DNA of 59,432 bases from a virus. Taxonomy: Duplodnaviria > Caudoviricetes. The DNA lies in IMG/VR virus record IMGVR_UViG_3300020205_002237, positions 1 to 59,432 of that record; one strand, given 5' to 3'. Positions 27,501 through 36,600 of this stretch are shown one piece after another (positions within the stretch are counted from its first letter, which is position 1; each line of letters begins with the position of its first letter). The position numbers and the translations under genes were made by a program. The notes beneath the pieces were generated by a model, which was not told the origin of the DNA, ran no database searches, and saw nothing but the letters and a program-made list of their open reading frames with translations.

Positions 27501-29939
27501 ACCCTGTGCACCTGTGGGGCCTTGTGCACCTGTAGGACCTGTAACACCTTGAATACCTTGAGCACCTGTAGGTCCTGTAGCACCATCAACGCCTATAACA
27601 CCGTTGACGCCTTGAGCACCTGTAGGACCTGTTATACCTTGAATACCTTGAATACCCTGAATACCCTGAATACCCTGAATACCTTGTGCACCTGTAGGTC
27701 CTGTAGCACCATCAACGCCTATAACACCGTTGACGCCTTGAGCACCTGTAGGACCTGTAGGACCTACTGCACCTGTAGGGCCTGCGACGCCTTGAATACC
27801 TTGTGCACCTGTAGGGCCTGTAGCTCCATCAACGCCTATAACGCCGTTGACACCTTGAGCTCCTGTGGGTCCTGTAACGCCTTGAATACCTTGAGTACCT
27901 TGTGGTCCTTGTAGTCCGCTTGCTCCGCTAAGATCAATTGTATATGTATAGCTTGTGCCGTTCCATAAATACAGTCTAGAATCTTCTGGATTTTCTACGT
28001 TGCCTGTATTAATTACAGCAAACTGACCTGCAACAATTCCTGTAGGAGAGGTATCAGCTGTTAGTGCTGCTACGCTTGCGTAAGTTTTAGCAATTGCAAA
28101 TCCGAGACCTGTAGCACCTGTAGGGCCTGTAACGCCTTGAATACCTTGAACACCTTGTATGCCCTGAGCACCTGTGGGACCTGTAACACCTTGGATACCT
28201 TGAATACCTTGTGAACCTGTAGGACCTACTTCACCTTGAGCACCTGTTGGACCTGTAACGCCTTGAATACCTTGTGAACCTGTTGGGCCTGTAACACCTT
28301 GAATACCTTGTATACCTTGTATACCTTGTATACCTTGTATACCTTGTATACCTTGTGAACCTGTTGGCCCTACTTCACCTTGAATACCTTGAGCACCTGT
28401 TGGTCCTGTAACGCCTTGAATACCTTGTGCACCTGTTGGTCCTGTAACGCCTTGAATACCTTGAATACCTTGGATGCCCTGAATACCTTGAGCACCTGTA
28501 GGGCCTGTAACGCCTTGAATACCTTGTGCACCTGTAGGGCCGATATCACCTTGAATACCTTGTATACCTTGGGCACCTGTTGGGCCTACTTCACCTTGTA
28601 TACCTTGAACACCTGTTGAACCTGTAACACCTTGGATACCTTGAGCACCTGTAGGGCCTGTAACGCCTTGTATACCCTGTATACCTTGGATACCCTGGTC
28701 ACCAGTAGGTCCTGTAACACCTTGTATACCTTGAGGCCCTGTTGGACCTGTAACGCCTTGTATACCTTGTGAACCTGTTGGTCCTACTTCGCCTTGAATA
28801 CCTTGGATACCTTGGATACCTTGGATACCTTGTGAACCTGTAGGTCCTACTTCGCCTTGAATACCTTGAGCACCTGTTGGACCTGTAACACCTTGGATAC
28901 CTTGAGCACCTGTAGGACCTGTTGGGCCTACAACACCTTGTATACCCTGGATACCTTGATCACCTGTTGGACCTGTAACGCCCTGAATACCTTGTACGCC
29001 TTGTATACCCTGAATACCTTGAGCACCTGTTGGTCCTACAACGCCTTGAATACCTTGAATACCTTGATCACCTGTAGGTCCTTGCGGTCCTTGTGGACCA
29101 TCTGCTCCAGCTACACCAGCGGGTCCTGTTGGGCCGTCACCACCTTGTGGTCCTGGTACTGTAGATGCAGCACCTTGGACGCCAGATACACCAGCTGGAC
29201 CTGTTGGACCTGTGGGTCCTGTTGCTCCGTAACCAATACTTTGGCCGTCAACAACTAAGAATCCGCCACTAGCTGAAATAGGTGTACCACCCAAATCAAT
29301 TGTGTTAGCGCTAAAGTAGCCAGTTCTCCAACGTTTTGTTTGTGAACCAAGATCATATGTTTGATCTACAGCAGGTATTAAACTACCTGTTATAGTAGCA
29401 ATATTAATACCAGGATCGCCTGGATCACCTTTTGGACCTTGAAGTCCTGTACCAACTAAGTGGCCTGTTAGTTCCTTAATAACGATTTTTAGACCGCTAG
29501 GAGGTGCGCTAACAAAAGTAATGTATCCACTAGCTATCGAAAAATCAGTATTAGCATCTTGCGAAATACCACCAACAAATACTAAGAAACTTTCAGCGGT
29601 TATTCCTGGTGTAACTATATATGTAGTAGTACTACCATTACCAGTATAATATCTGGTATTGGCATTAAAAGCAGTACCACCTGGAGCTGCATTAACCCAG
29701 TTACTGCCGTTATATACTAGTGCCTGTCCGTTGACAGGGCTTGCGACTGTTACGTCTGATAAATTATCTAAGCTAATACTAGCTAAGTCTTTGAAAAACT
29801 TTACTGAATTATCAGATGCTTTAAAATAAATTCTGCCATCAGCATAATTAATGGCTAACTCGCCATACTCGAGATCACTTGTAACAGGAACTTTGCCTAC
29901 TACCGATGATTTCTTAAGAATAATCTTATTTGTTGCCAT
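24579..29939 (-). CDS. giant collagen-like fibre (1786 aa) with interspersed globular domains
   Basis: Hundreds of Gly-X-Y triplets ([12 protein letters not shown]); five copies of a ~65-aa (F/Y)TG.G...domain; ILKKS..GELAINY N-terminus. Confidence 0.9.
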   Translation of the reverse strand: MATNKIILKKSSVVGKVPVTSDLEYGELAINYADGRIYFKASDNSVKFFKDLASISLDNLSDVTVASPVNGQALVYNGSNWVNAAPGGTAFNANTRYYTGNGSTTTYIVTPGITAESFLVFVGGISQDANTDFSIASGYITFVSAPPSGLKIVIKELTGHLVGTGLQGPKGDPGDPGINIATITGSLIPAVDQTYDLGSQTKRWRTGYFSANTIDLGGTPISASGGFLVVDGQSIGYGATGPTGPTGPAGVSGVQGAASTVPGPQGGDGPTGPAGVAGADGPQGPQGPTGDQGIQGIQGVVGPTGAQGIQGIQGVQGIQGVTGPTGDQGIQGIQGVVGPTGPTGAQGIQGVTGPTGAQGIQGEVGPTGSQGIQGIQGIQGIQGEVGPTGSQGIQGVTGPTGPQGIQGVTGPTGDQGIQGIQGIQGVTGPTGAQGIQGVTGSTGVQGIQGEVGPTGAQGIQGIQGDIGPTGAQGIQGVTGPTGAQGIQGIQGIQGIQGVTGPTGAQGIQGVTGPTGAQGIQGEVGPTGSQGIQGIQGIQGIQGIQGIQGVTGPTGSQGIQGVTGPTGAQGEVGPTGSQGIQGIQGVTGPTGAQGIQGVQGIQGVTGPTGATGLGFAIAKTYASVAALTADTSPTGIVAGQFAVINTGNVENPEDSRLYLWNGTSYTYTIDLSGASGLQGPQGTQGIQGVTGPTGAQGVNGVIGVDGATGPTGAQGIQGVAGPTGAVGPTGPTGAQGVNGVIGVDGATGPTGAQGIQGIQGIQGIQGIQGITGPTGAQGVNGVIGVDGATGPTGAQGIQGVTGPTGAQGPTGAQGTNGVIGVDGATGPTGAQGIQGIQGIQGIQGIQGPTGAQGTNGVIGVDGATGPTGAQGIQGVAGPTGAQGTQGIQGIQGVAGPTGVQGNTGNTGPTGADSTIAGPTGSIGPTGASGSQGIQGNVGPTGPQGIQGVQGVQGTTGAASTVPGPTGSLGPTGATGPQGPSGTGFPFIMTTQSFTGDGSASAFTVNSGYTLDSILVTINGSLLKPTTDYTLSGTTLTFGVTPYSGDEIVVRELTGDGPTGPQGTTGLTGPTGAQGIQGIQGATGPTGSQGIQGIQGATGPQGTNGTAGLDGATGPTGSTGSTGPTGAASTVAGPTGPAGSNGILGGTGPTGPQGASGTGLPFTVITKNFTGDNTTVNFAIDSGYTIDNLLVVVNGIVLKATTDYTLSGSTLTFITAPKTGHEIVVREMMGDGATGPTGSQGAAGPTGAAGPTGAQGVQGIQGIQGIQGVVGPTGSAGAAGPTGAQGTNGTIGVDGATGPTGPQGIAGPTGSQGLQGTTGPTGSQGIVGPTGSTGAPGTSVNIKGEVATVGALPGGASVGDAYIVTADGNLYTWTGSAYLDVGQIVGPTGSQGVAGPTGTQGVVGPTGAQGIQGVTGPTGVAGPTGAQGTNGTIGVDGATGPTGPQGIAGPTGVAGPTGSQGVQGIQGIQGTQGTAGPTGPGAIGTTFTVVTESFVGNGSTTNFTINSGYTVDNILVTVSGVVLKPTSDYTVSGSTLTFTIAPGNSQDIVVREMRGDGPTGPAGTNGTVGVNGATGPTGATGPQGISGTGLPFQVVTESFTGNGTTTAFTINSGYTVDSLLVVANGSLLKPTSDYTLSGTTLTFLVAPEAGQEIVVREMMGDGPVGPTGAPGPAGGPTGPAGTNGTAGSTGPTGATGPAGANGTAYVGDTAPATPTSGQFWLDSTTGEFFIYTGTEWVIAVGASGSQGPQGPAGTNGATGATGSTGAIGPTGPGTTTARAIGYSLIFGG

Positions 29940-29949
29940 AGTTAGCCCT

Positions 29950-29983
29950 AAAAAGGAATAGGGAAACTTATAGAAGTTTCCCT
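29950..29983 (-). terminator. possible intrinsic terminator/attenuator
   Basis: AGGGAAACTT-ctat-AAGTTTCCCT then attccttttt. Confidence 0.55.
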
Positions 29984-29987
29984 TTTA

Positions 29988-31523
29988 TTAATACGCTCCG
30001 CCGTCAACTTGAGTAATAGTTACTGCACCTGACGTAATTGAAAACTGTGTAGAGTCGAAACTTGCTAAACCTTTAGTTGTCGTACTAGCAAAAGGAATTG
30101 GTGCAGATCCTGCTGCAGTGATTAGACCCTTGGCATTAACTGTAAAGTTAGGAACTGTTACTGAATCTCCGTAACTACCAATATTAGTAGGATTAACTGT
30201 TGCCAGCGTAAGTGCTATAGCAGTTACATTTTCACTACCGTCAGTATTAAAAGTACCACCTACATCTGCACCAGAAAATTGAATTGTTCTTGCGGTTGCC
30301 CATTTTGTAGCAGTATCAGCATTACCTTTTAATGCACCATAAACATTAGCTACATTTAAATCTTTGTTAAAGTTCCAGCGATTATTACTTTGAGTATAAA
30401 CTAATGAAGGGGCAATAAATCCTGTACCACTATTATTAACACCAACTAATAAACCTCCACTATCAGCTAAAACGTCAGAATTTGCAGCTGGAGCTAGTTG
30501 TAAGTTTTTATCAGCAATTGTAACTGTTGTAGAGTTTACAGTAGTAGTAACACCCTTAACTGTTAAATTTCCTTCGATTACTGCACTACCGTTAACTTGA
30601 AGGTCAAATCCTTCTAGGTTACCAGTTGCTGTAATATTAGTAACAGATGTAATTGCGTTTGCAGCTAGTGTTCCTGTTAAGGTCAAATTGGTAAATGTTG
30701 CTGCACCTGACAATCCAATTGTAAGTGTATTTGTAGCGTCGTTAAAGCTGGTAGTAACACCGGTTGCGGCAGCAATAGTAAGTGTCTCGTCTAATAAATT
30801 TACGGAACCAACTGTACCGGTACTACCAATAATACTTAATGTAGTGGCAACACTAGCAGTTGATACAGCAGTTACTAAACCTTTTGAATTAACTGTTATA
30901 ACAGGAATTAATGTAGTTGAACCATACGGAGTTCCGTTTGCACCTGCTGCTGCATTAACGTCCCGCAATGTAAGATATGTAGTTGGATTAGTACTACCAT
31001 CTATACTAAAACTACCTGTTGCATCGGAAATATTTTGACCAACTGTAGCAAAAGTAACTGTACGAGCATCTAACCATTTACTAGCAGTTGCGGCGTTACC
31101 AATTACAGCACCAGTATGAGTACCACTGGTATTACCAGTTAAATTACCACTTACATTACCAGTTAGATTACCAGTTACATCTCCAGTAACAGGACCACTA
31201 AAATTACCACTAACATCACCAGTTACGTTACCTAGTACGTTACCTACAATATCCAAGTAAGCTGCGCCATCATTATTACGCTTTACTAAAGTATTTGCTG
31301 TTTTTAGTGCGGTGGCAGCAGTAACCATATCGGTAAAGAATTTACCACCGATTACAACGTGATTTACAGCATTGCCAGCAGTTTCATTACCTGTACCAAT
31401 GTAAAGACGATCACCACCATTTGACCCATTATTTGGTAAAGCTGAGTAAGCTAATTCACCTGCACCGAGTACGGCTGGGTTACCGCTTAACTCGCTACGT
31501 TTAATTCTTAAAATAGAAGCCAT
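29988..31523 (-). CDS. tail fibre shaft protein
   Basis: IKRS..GELAYS N-terminus, GNVT/GNLT repeats, GNA.TA.KW..ART, GNLTVKG.TTTVNS, C-terminal DGGAY. Confidence 0.8.
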   Translation of the reverse strand: MASILRIKRSELSGNPAVLGAGELAYSALPNNGSNGGDRLYIGTGNETAGNAVNHVVIGGKFFTDMVTAATALKTANTLVKRNNDGAAYLDIVGNVLGNVTGDVSGNFSGPVTGDVTGNLTGNVSGNLTGNTSGTHTGAVIGNAATASKWLDARTVTFATVGQNISDATGSFSIDGSTNPTTYLTLRDVNAAAGANGTPYGSTTLIPVITVNSKGLVTAVSTASVATTLSIIGSTGTVGSVNLLDETLTIAAATGVTTSFNDATNTLTIGLSGAATFTNLTLTGTLAANAITSVTNITATGNLEGFDLQVNGSAVIEGNLTVKGVTTTVNSTTVTIADKNLQLAPAANSDVLADSGGLLVGVNNSGTGFIAPSLVYTQSNNRWNFNKDLNVANVYGALKGNADTATKWATARTIQFSGADVGGTFNTDGSENVTAIALTLATVNPTNIGSYGDSVTVPNFTVNAKGLITAAGSAPIPFASTTTKGLASFDSTQFSITSGAVTITQVDGGAY

Positions 31524-31533
31524 TTTTTATCCT

Positions 31534-31797
31534 TTAAAACTGACCGGACTCAAAAACCTGCTGTTCCAGCGTGTTTGTTGCGTGCCATTTTTCTGTTCCG
31601 GCATTATAAACTAATAAGCTTCCTGCCGCTAATTGGGTTAGATCTAAATCTTGTAGCCCTTTTATTGTCGTAGCTGTGGGGCCAATCATGCCACCTACAA
31701 CCACTTTAGTTTGTGATTGAGAAGAAACAACAACAGGTTCCTTCTTTTCTATAATAACTGTATTATTAATCTCAGTTACAATTATTTCAGTTGTCAT
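31534..31797 (-). CDS. small fibre adapter protein
   Basis: L.D.D....GSLLVYN...KW motif shared with collagen N-region; ends ESGQF. Confidence 0.65.
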   Translation of the reverse strand: MTTEIIVTEINNTVIIEKKEPVVVSSQSQTKVVVGGMIGPTATTIKGLQDLDLTQLAAGSLLVYNAGTEKWHATNTLEQQVFESGQF

Positions 31798-32390
31798 CTT
31801 GTGACCTCTTTTACTAGACTAATACTTCCTGTTAAGAAAGGTATTACGTTACCTTGATTATCTGTTAATTCACAGGAATATACTGCTGCGTCAAAATTAA
31901 ATGTTCCTGTTACAGCAGCAGAAATTTTTAGTGTAATTGTAAAGTTAACAGGATCTATAACGATGCCATTATTAGCTGTTGACAATTCATGAAGTACTGT
32001 AGTAGATTCTAAAGTCTCACGGATTTGCATTTGTGCACTGTATCCCGTAATAGGAATCGGTGTGTTATATTCTACAACTCCACCTGATGTATAAGCTCCA
32101 TAAGCTGCTGAATTAACCTGGTTTAGGGTTAATGTATTAGCTGTCTTGCCAGTAACTAAATAATATGCATCATCACTAATAGTATTAATATCCTTCATAC
32201 CAGTTACACCAGTTACACGGACTCTCCAATTTATTGGCACACCGTGAGCACTGCTAGTAGTAATTACACAGGGAGCGGCATTAGTAATAGCAGAAATTGG
32301 AGCATATTGTTTTGTTTCCGACTCCCAGCGCAATGTCTCTGCAAAAGTACTGCCTTGGTAAATTTTATAACTAATCTTTGCTGGTTCCAT
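31794..32390 (-). CDS. putative fibre anchor (BppU-N-like fold) with inserted beta domain
   Basis: IYQGSTF...ITGYSAQMQIR...AVYSCEL...G.I....EVTR frame with ISAITNAAPCVITT..HG insert. Confidence 0.55.
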   Translation of the reverse strand: MEPAKISYKIYQGSTFAETLRWESETKQYAPISAITNAAPCVITTSSAHGVPINWRVRVTGVTGMKDINTISDDAYYLVTGKTANTLTLNQVNSAAYGAYTSGGVVEYNTPIPITGYSAQMQIRETLESTTVLHELSTANNGIVIDPVNFTITLKISAAVTGTFNFDAAVYSCELTDNQGNVIPFLTGSISLVKEVTR

Positions 32391-32394
32391 TATT

Positions 32395-32745
32395 TTACCT
32401 TACTTTCTTTGCTGCTGCAAGTGTAGCCGACACTCTAAATTTATTTACTTCTTCTGTTAAAGCTACAACTTCGGTTTGTAGTTGCTGATTCTCAAGGCAC
32501 AACTGTGCTAGTTGTGCATTTAATAAAATCATTTCTTGTTGCAAGCGGTTTAATTCGGTTGCAAGTAAGCCATTCTGTTGGCTCATACGTTCTAGTTCTG
32601 TGTGCATTAAAGTAATAACACTAGTTTCCGCATTAGTACTTTTCCAGTCTTTTAACAATTTCTGTATTCCAACTGAGAAAGCAACAACTGCTAACGCAAC
32701 TAGTGAAACGGTCTGTATGAAACTGTGGTCGTTAATCTCCACCAT
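32395..32745 (-). CDS. N-terminal TM + coiled-coil protein
   Basis: VSLVALAVVAFSVGI TM followed by Leu heptads; AAGGAG SD. Confidence 0.7.
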   Translation of the reverse strand: MVEINDHSFIQTVSLVALAVVAFSVGIQKLLKDWKSTNAETSVITLMHTELERMSQQNGLLATELNRLQQEMILLNAQLAQLCLENQQLQTEVVALTEEVNKFRVSATLAAAKKVR

Positions 32746-32868
32746 AATCAGATCTCCTTATTAGCAGGTGTTTAATATTTAATTATATTCTAAACGGCAA
32801 GTCCGCCTTTTAGATATGGTTAAAAGCTTGTCAAGAAAAAATATTGGAATGTTCTGACATTTTGGTAT

Positions 32869-32897
32869 ATTATACCACAAGGGCGCTTAGTTGTCAA
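32869..32897 (-). promoter_or_regulatory. consensus sigma70 promoter TTGACA-17-TATAAT
   Basis: Perfect hexamers, TG extended -10, upstream T tract. Confidence 0.9.
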
Positions 32898-32900
32898 TGC

Positions 32901-32935
32901 AAAAAAATACCCTGCCCAAAGAATGGACAGGGTAT
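32901..32935 (-). terminator. intrinsic terminator
   Basis: ATACCCTGTCCA-loop-TGGGCAGGGTAT followed by T run. Confidence 0.85.
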
Positions 32936-32950
32936 AGTTTTTGCGACGGT

Positions 32951-33637
32951 TTAGGGATTTGGTACAGGATCAGATATTAATTGAATAGTAGCAGAAGCTA
33001 CATACTCTTGATTATCTCTATGATTTAGTACTGTTTTTGCGTATATAGTGGCTTCACTATAACTAATTCCACCTGGATAAATTGGCCCAGTATATTTAGC
33101 TGTAGTATCGCCTAAGTACATTTCTAACTTTTCACCATTATTACCAGTAATTATAGTAGGTTTAAATAGTTCTGGTCCTACTGACTCATACTGTGATGGT
33201 AGATAAATACCAATGTTAGATGATGTATTTTGTAACATTATATTAACAAATGTGTTAGGCCCTACAGGCTTATCAAAAGTAACTATTGCTTCGATAGCTT
33301 CACCTATAAAATAAGTAGACTTTAATGGCTGTACAGATACTACTAGTGCAGGCGTTTCTGCAACTGTAGCTACATTTTGTTCTATATATTCCGTCGGAGA
33401 TTCTACTAGCGCAGTTAATCCTTCTGCTCCGGATATAGTTTGTATTAATATTGACCTGCTCTCATAAGGGATTGCTTGTATATACAAAGTTTGAATATAG
33501 TCGTCTAAAGCTTGTCCGGTTAGGTATGCTCCGTTTATAAACGGAGCATAAAATCCAAGAGCTTCATACCCTTCAAATTGTATTGCAATCAGGCCCTGTT
33601 GAGGGTCGAAGTTTATTATTTTATATTTATAAGTCAT
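32951..33637 (-). CDS. hypothetical protein, probable partner of tail-tip adhesin
   Basis: Start reassigned to ATG 33637 overlapping the upstream TGA. Confidence 0.65.
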   Translation of the reverse strand: MTYKYKIINFDPQQGLIAIQFEGYEALGFYAPFINGAYLTGQALDDYIQTLYIQAIPYESRSILIQTISGAEGLTALVESPTEYIEQNVATVAETPALVVSVQPLKSTYFIGEAIEAIVTFDKPVGPNTFVNIMLQNTSSNIGIYLPSQYESVGPELFKPTIITGNNGEKLEMYLGDTTAKYTGPIYPGGISYSEATIYAKTVLNHRDNQEYVASATIQLISDPVPNP

Positions 33638-36600
33638 CCATACCACCAAACTCTACCTTTAAATCCGGCACCGCCGGAACCGTTTAAACGACCACCACCA
33701 CCACCGCTACCTGTTTTAGTTGCGTTAGTTCCTGGCGAATTGCTAACACTGTACGAAGACCCGTAGCCTCCTCGACCAGCACCACAATCAAATCCTGTAT
33801 CTGTAATACCACCAAGGCCATAAATAACTTGTCCGCCGCCACCTCCACCGCCAGCTACTCGATAATCAACTCCATCTATGTTGAATTCTATACCCAGACC
33901 GCCATCGCCGCCTTCTCCGCCGCCCCCAGGATAGCCATCGCCTGCTGCGCCACCTCCACCGCCGCCTGAAGTAGCATTACCACTTCCGCCTCCAGGGGTA
34001 AGTCCAGACAAAGCATTAAACCCAGCACCACCACCAAAATTACCTCCTCCTGAATTTAACCCGCTTGCTGCGACTGCAACTATAGTACCATTTTTTGCCA
34101 TTGTAGTACTACTGCCAGAGGTATTTGCAGTACCTCCAGAACCTATTACAAAAGATAAAACGTCGCCTGGAGTTACCGCAAGTGAAGCAGCATAATAAAC
34201 ACCCCCTGCACCTCCGCCTCCACCAGTATTACTAATAGTACGGCCTCCACCGCCTCCACCAATCATAGCTAACGCTATACTTGTTGTACCTGTGGGTACT
34301 GTCCAGTTAGTATTAACTTCTGAATTACGCCACTGAGGTACTGATGGTGCTGTGTATCCACAAGTTGCAGAATTATTAGTGTCAACGTTGTATGTTCCGC
34401 CACTGCCATTAGCATAAACTTGTCTATAAGTATAGGGTGCAACTCCATTATTTAAACAAGATGCGCTAAGCAGTGTTCCATTAGCTGGCCAAAGTGAAGT
34501 ATCAGATATTACAATATCTGTAGTATCATAGGTTACACCGCCTACAGTTGCGCGTATTCTAAAATATTCATAACCTTCGGTGACTTGGTCAGCAACTGCG
34601 GAATAGTTTACACTAATAGATGAGGTTCCATTAGCTGTGCCACTTGTAGTACTTAATGTAATGTCTGAGACTCCACTTCTATAAGTACCCGTTGGAGCTA
34701 ATAATGCAAAAGTTACTGCAGCATTTACCGCATTAGTAAAGTTAAAACTCATTGTATTAGTAGCTGAATTTTCGTCTACATTGTCGACTCCACCCCATGA
34801 ATATGTAGCTGCAGGTAAACCAATAACAACACTATAGTTTGCTGTTGCTGTTTCACCAGTAGCTGTAGTTGCGTTTATAGTAAAGTTAAACGTACCTGAG
34901 GCTGAGGGGGTACCACTAAGTGTATAAGTTGAATAATATCCACCAGATAACCCAGTTTGAGTTAAACTTAGTCCAGTAGGTATAGTACCTGTCTGACTCC
35001 ATGTGGCTGTAGACGGTGTACCGTTAACTGCAACAGTAAAACTACTACTAAAAACAGTGCCTGAGGTTCCGGAAGTACTTCCAGTTCTAGATATACTAGT
35101 AGGTGATTTTGATGTATCACTAATACTTACGGTTAAAGTGTTACTTAAGTTATTATTTAGTTTAATTGAGAATACTTCAGTATTTTCTGTTACTGCATCA
35201 GCTTTTACATTGAACGTTCTTGTTCCGTTATTTGCTAAACTACCTGTTAAAGTAGTATCAGCACCTTCTAAGTCAGCAGAAGATATGCCAGTAACAGTAT
35301 ACGGAAAACTTCCGCTTTGATTAGTTGTAAGAGTAATTGTAAAACTATTACCTTCACTAGAGCTTGCTGGGTTAGCACTTAAAACGTAAGTTGGTGCTAC
35401 ATAGTTTGTAACTACTACACTGGTGGTGGCATCTACTACACCATTACTTCTACTACGACGTAATTCTAGTGTAACCGTAGTATCAGCTGTAACTGCTCCA
35501 ACATTCCAGTAAAGCGTAGTTGTAAAACTATTGCTGGTTACGGTAAAGCTAGTAGTTTGACAGGTTACCGCAGCATTATTAGATACAGGAAAGTAAGTAT
35601 ACCCGTTAACATTTGATAAAGTAATTGTTGTAGCCTCAGTAGTGTTTTCATCCCAAGGAGGATTAACAGCATTAATACCATACGAAGGAGTAAGACTAGT
35701 ATCATTAATTGTAATATCTTGGCTATAATAACTAGCGGTACCATTTATCTGTGCGTGTAGTCTAAAATATTCTGTAACTTCTGTGGTACTATCAGCTGTA
35801 ACTGAATAGCTTACACTAACAGATCCTGAAGAAAGAGTAGATCCAGTAGTAAAAGTAGTAGTATTTAGTACGCCGTCATTACTGGCTGAAGTACCAGATA
35901 GCGGTGTCGCAAAGTAAAAATTAATTACAGTATTTGCAGGAGCATTAGTATAATTAAACTGTAATGATTGAGTTTGTCCTTCATCAACCGTTAGTGGACT
36001 TGTAGCCCACGAATATACAGGGTTAGGGCTTGAAATAGTTATATACTTTGGAGCTATAAATTCTTCACCATTTTTAAGCCACAAACCTACATTTGCAAAC
36101 GTACCTGGATTAAGTGTTTTTGCTTGATATGTAGTAGTTGCAGTAAAATTACTACTGTTAACAGCCCAACTACTTGGGCTGCCGGCTTTTACATCTATTA
36201 CACTACTATCAATAGAATATAAGTTTACGGTTTTACCGAGTCCACCTATCACAGTAATACTAACAGTATTGTCTGTCCCTACTAGCCAATTATCAGCAGT
36301 AGTTATTGAAGATGTAGTAGTGTCGTTAACAGTAATATTAGAGGTATAGTATGAAATACCGTCTACCACAGCTTTAATACGAAAAGCCTCTACTCCTTCT
36401 AGTCTTAGGTCTGCTCTAGCATTAATAGTTACTCTAGTATACGTAGCTCCTGAGGGAATGCTTGGAGTTATGGTTATATCTGGATATGCAAACTCAAACT
36501 CAGTAGCTGTTGGAGGATCCGACACTTCAACAGTAAAAGTTACTGGGTAAGTGGCATCGTTGTACAAAGCATAAAAATCTGCATATATTGAAAAGCCTTC

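Noticed and set aside
27240-29100. CRISPR-like appearance of periodic repeats
   Set aside because: 9-bp codon-phased units within an open reading frame; no unique spacers or cas genes
25530-29258. Plus-strand ORFs (e.g. 27243-27914, NTL/TC repeats)
   Set aside because: Shadow frames antisense to the Gly-X-Y collagen repeat; low complexity
32806-32834. Second TTGACA at 32829-32834 as a tandem promoter
   Set aside because: No acceptable -10 hexamer at 16-18 nt spacing
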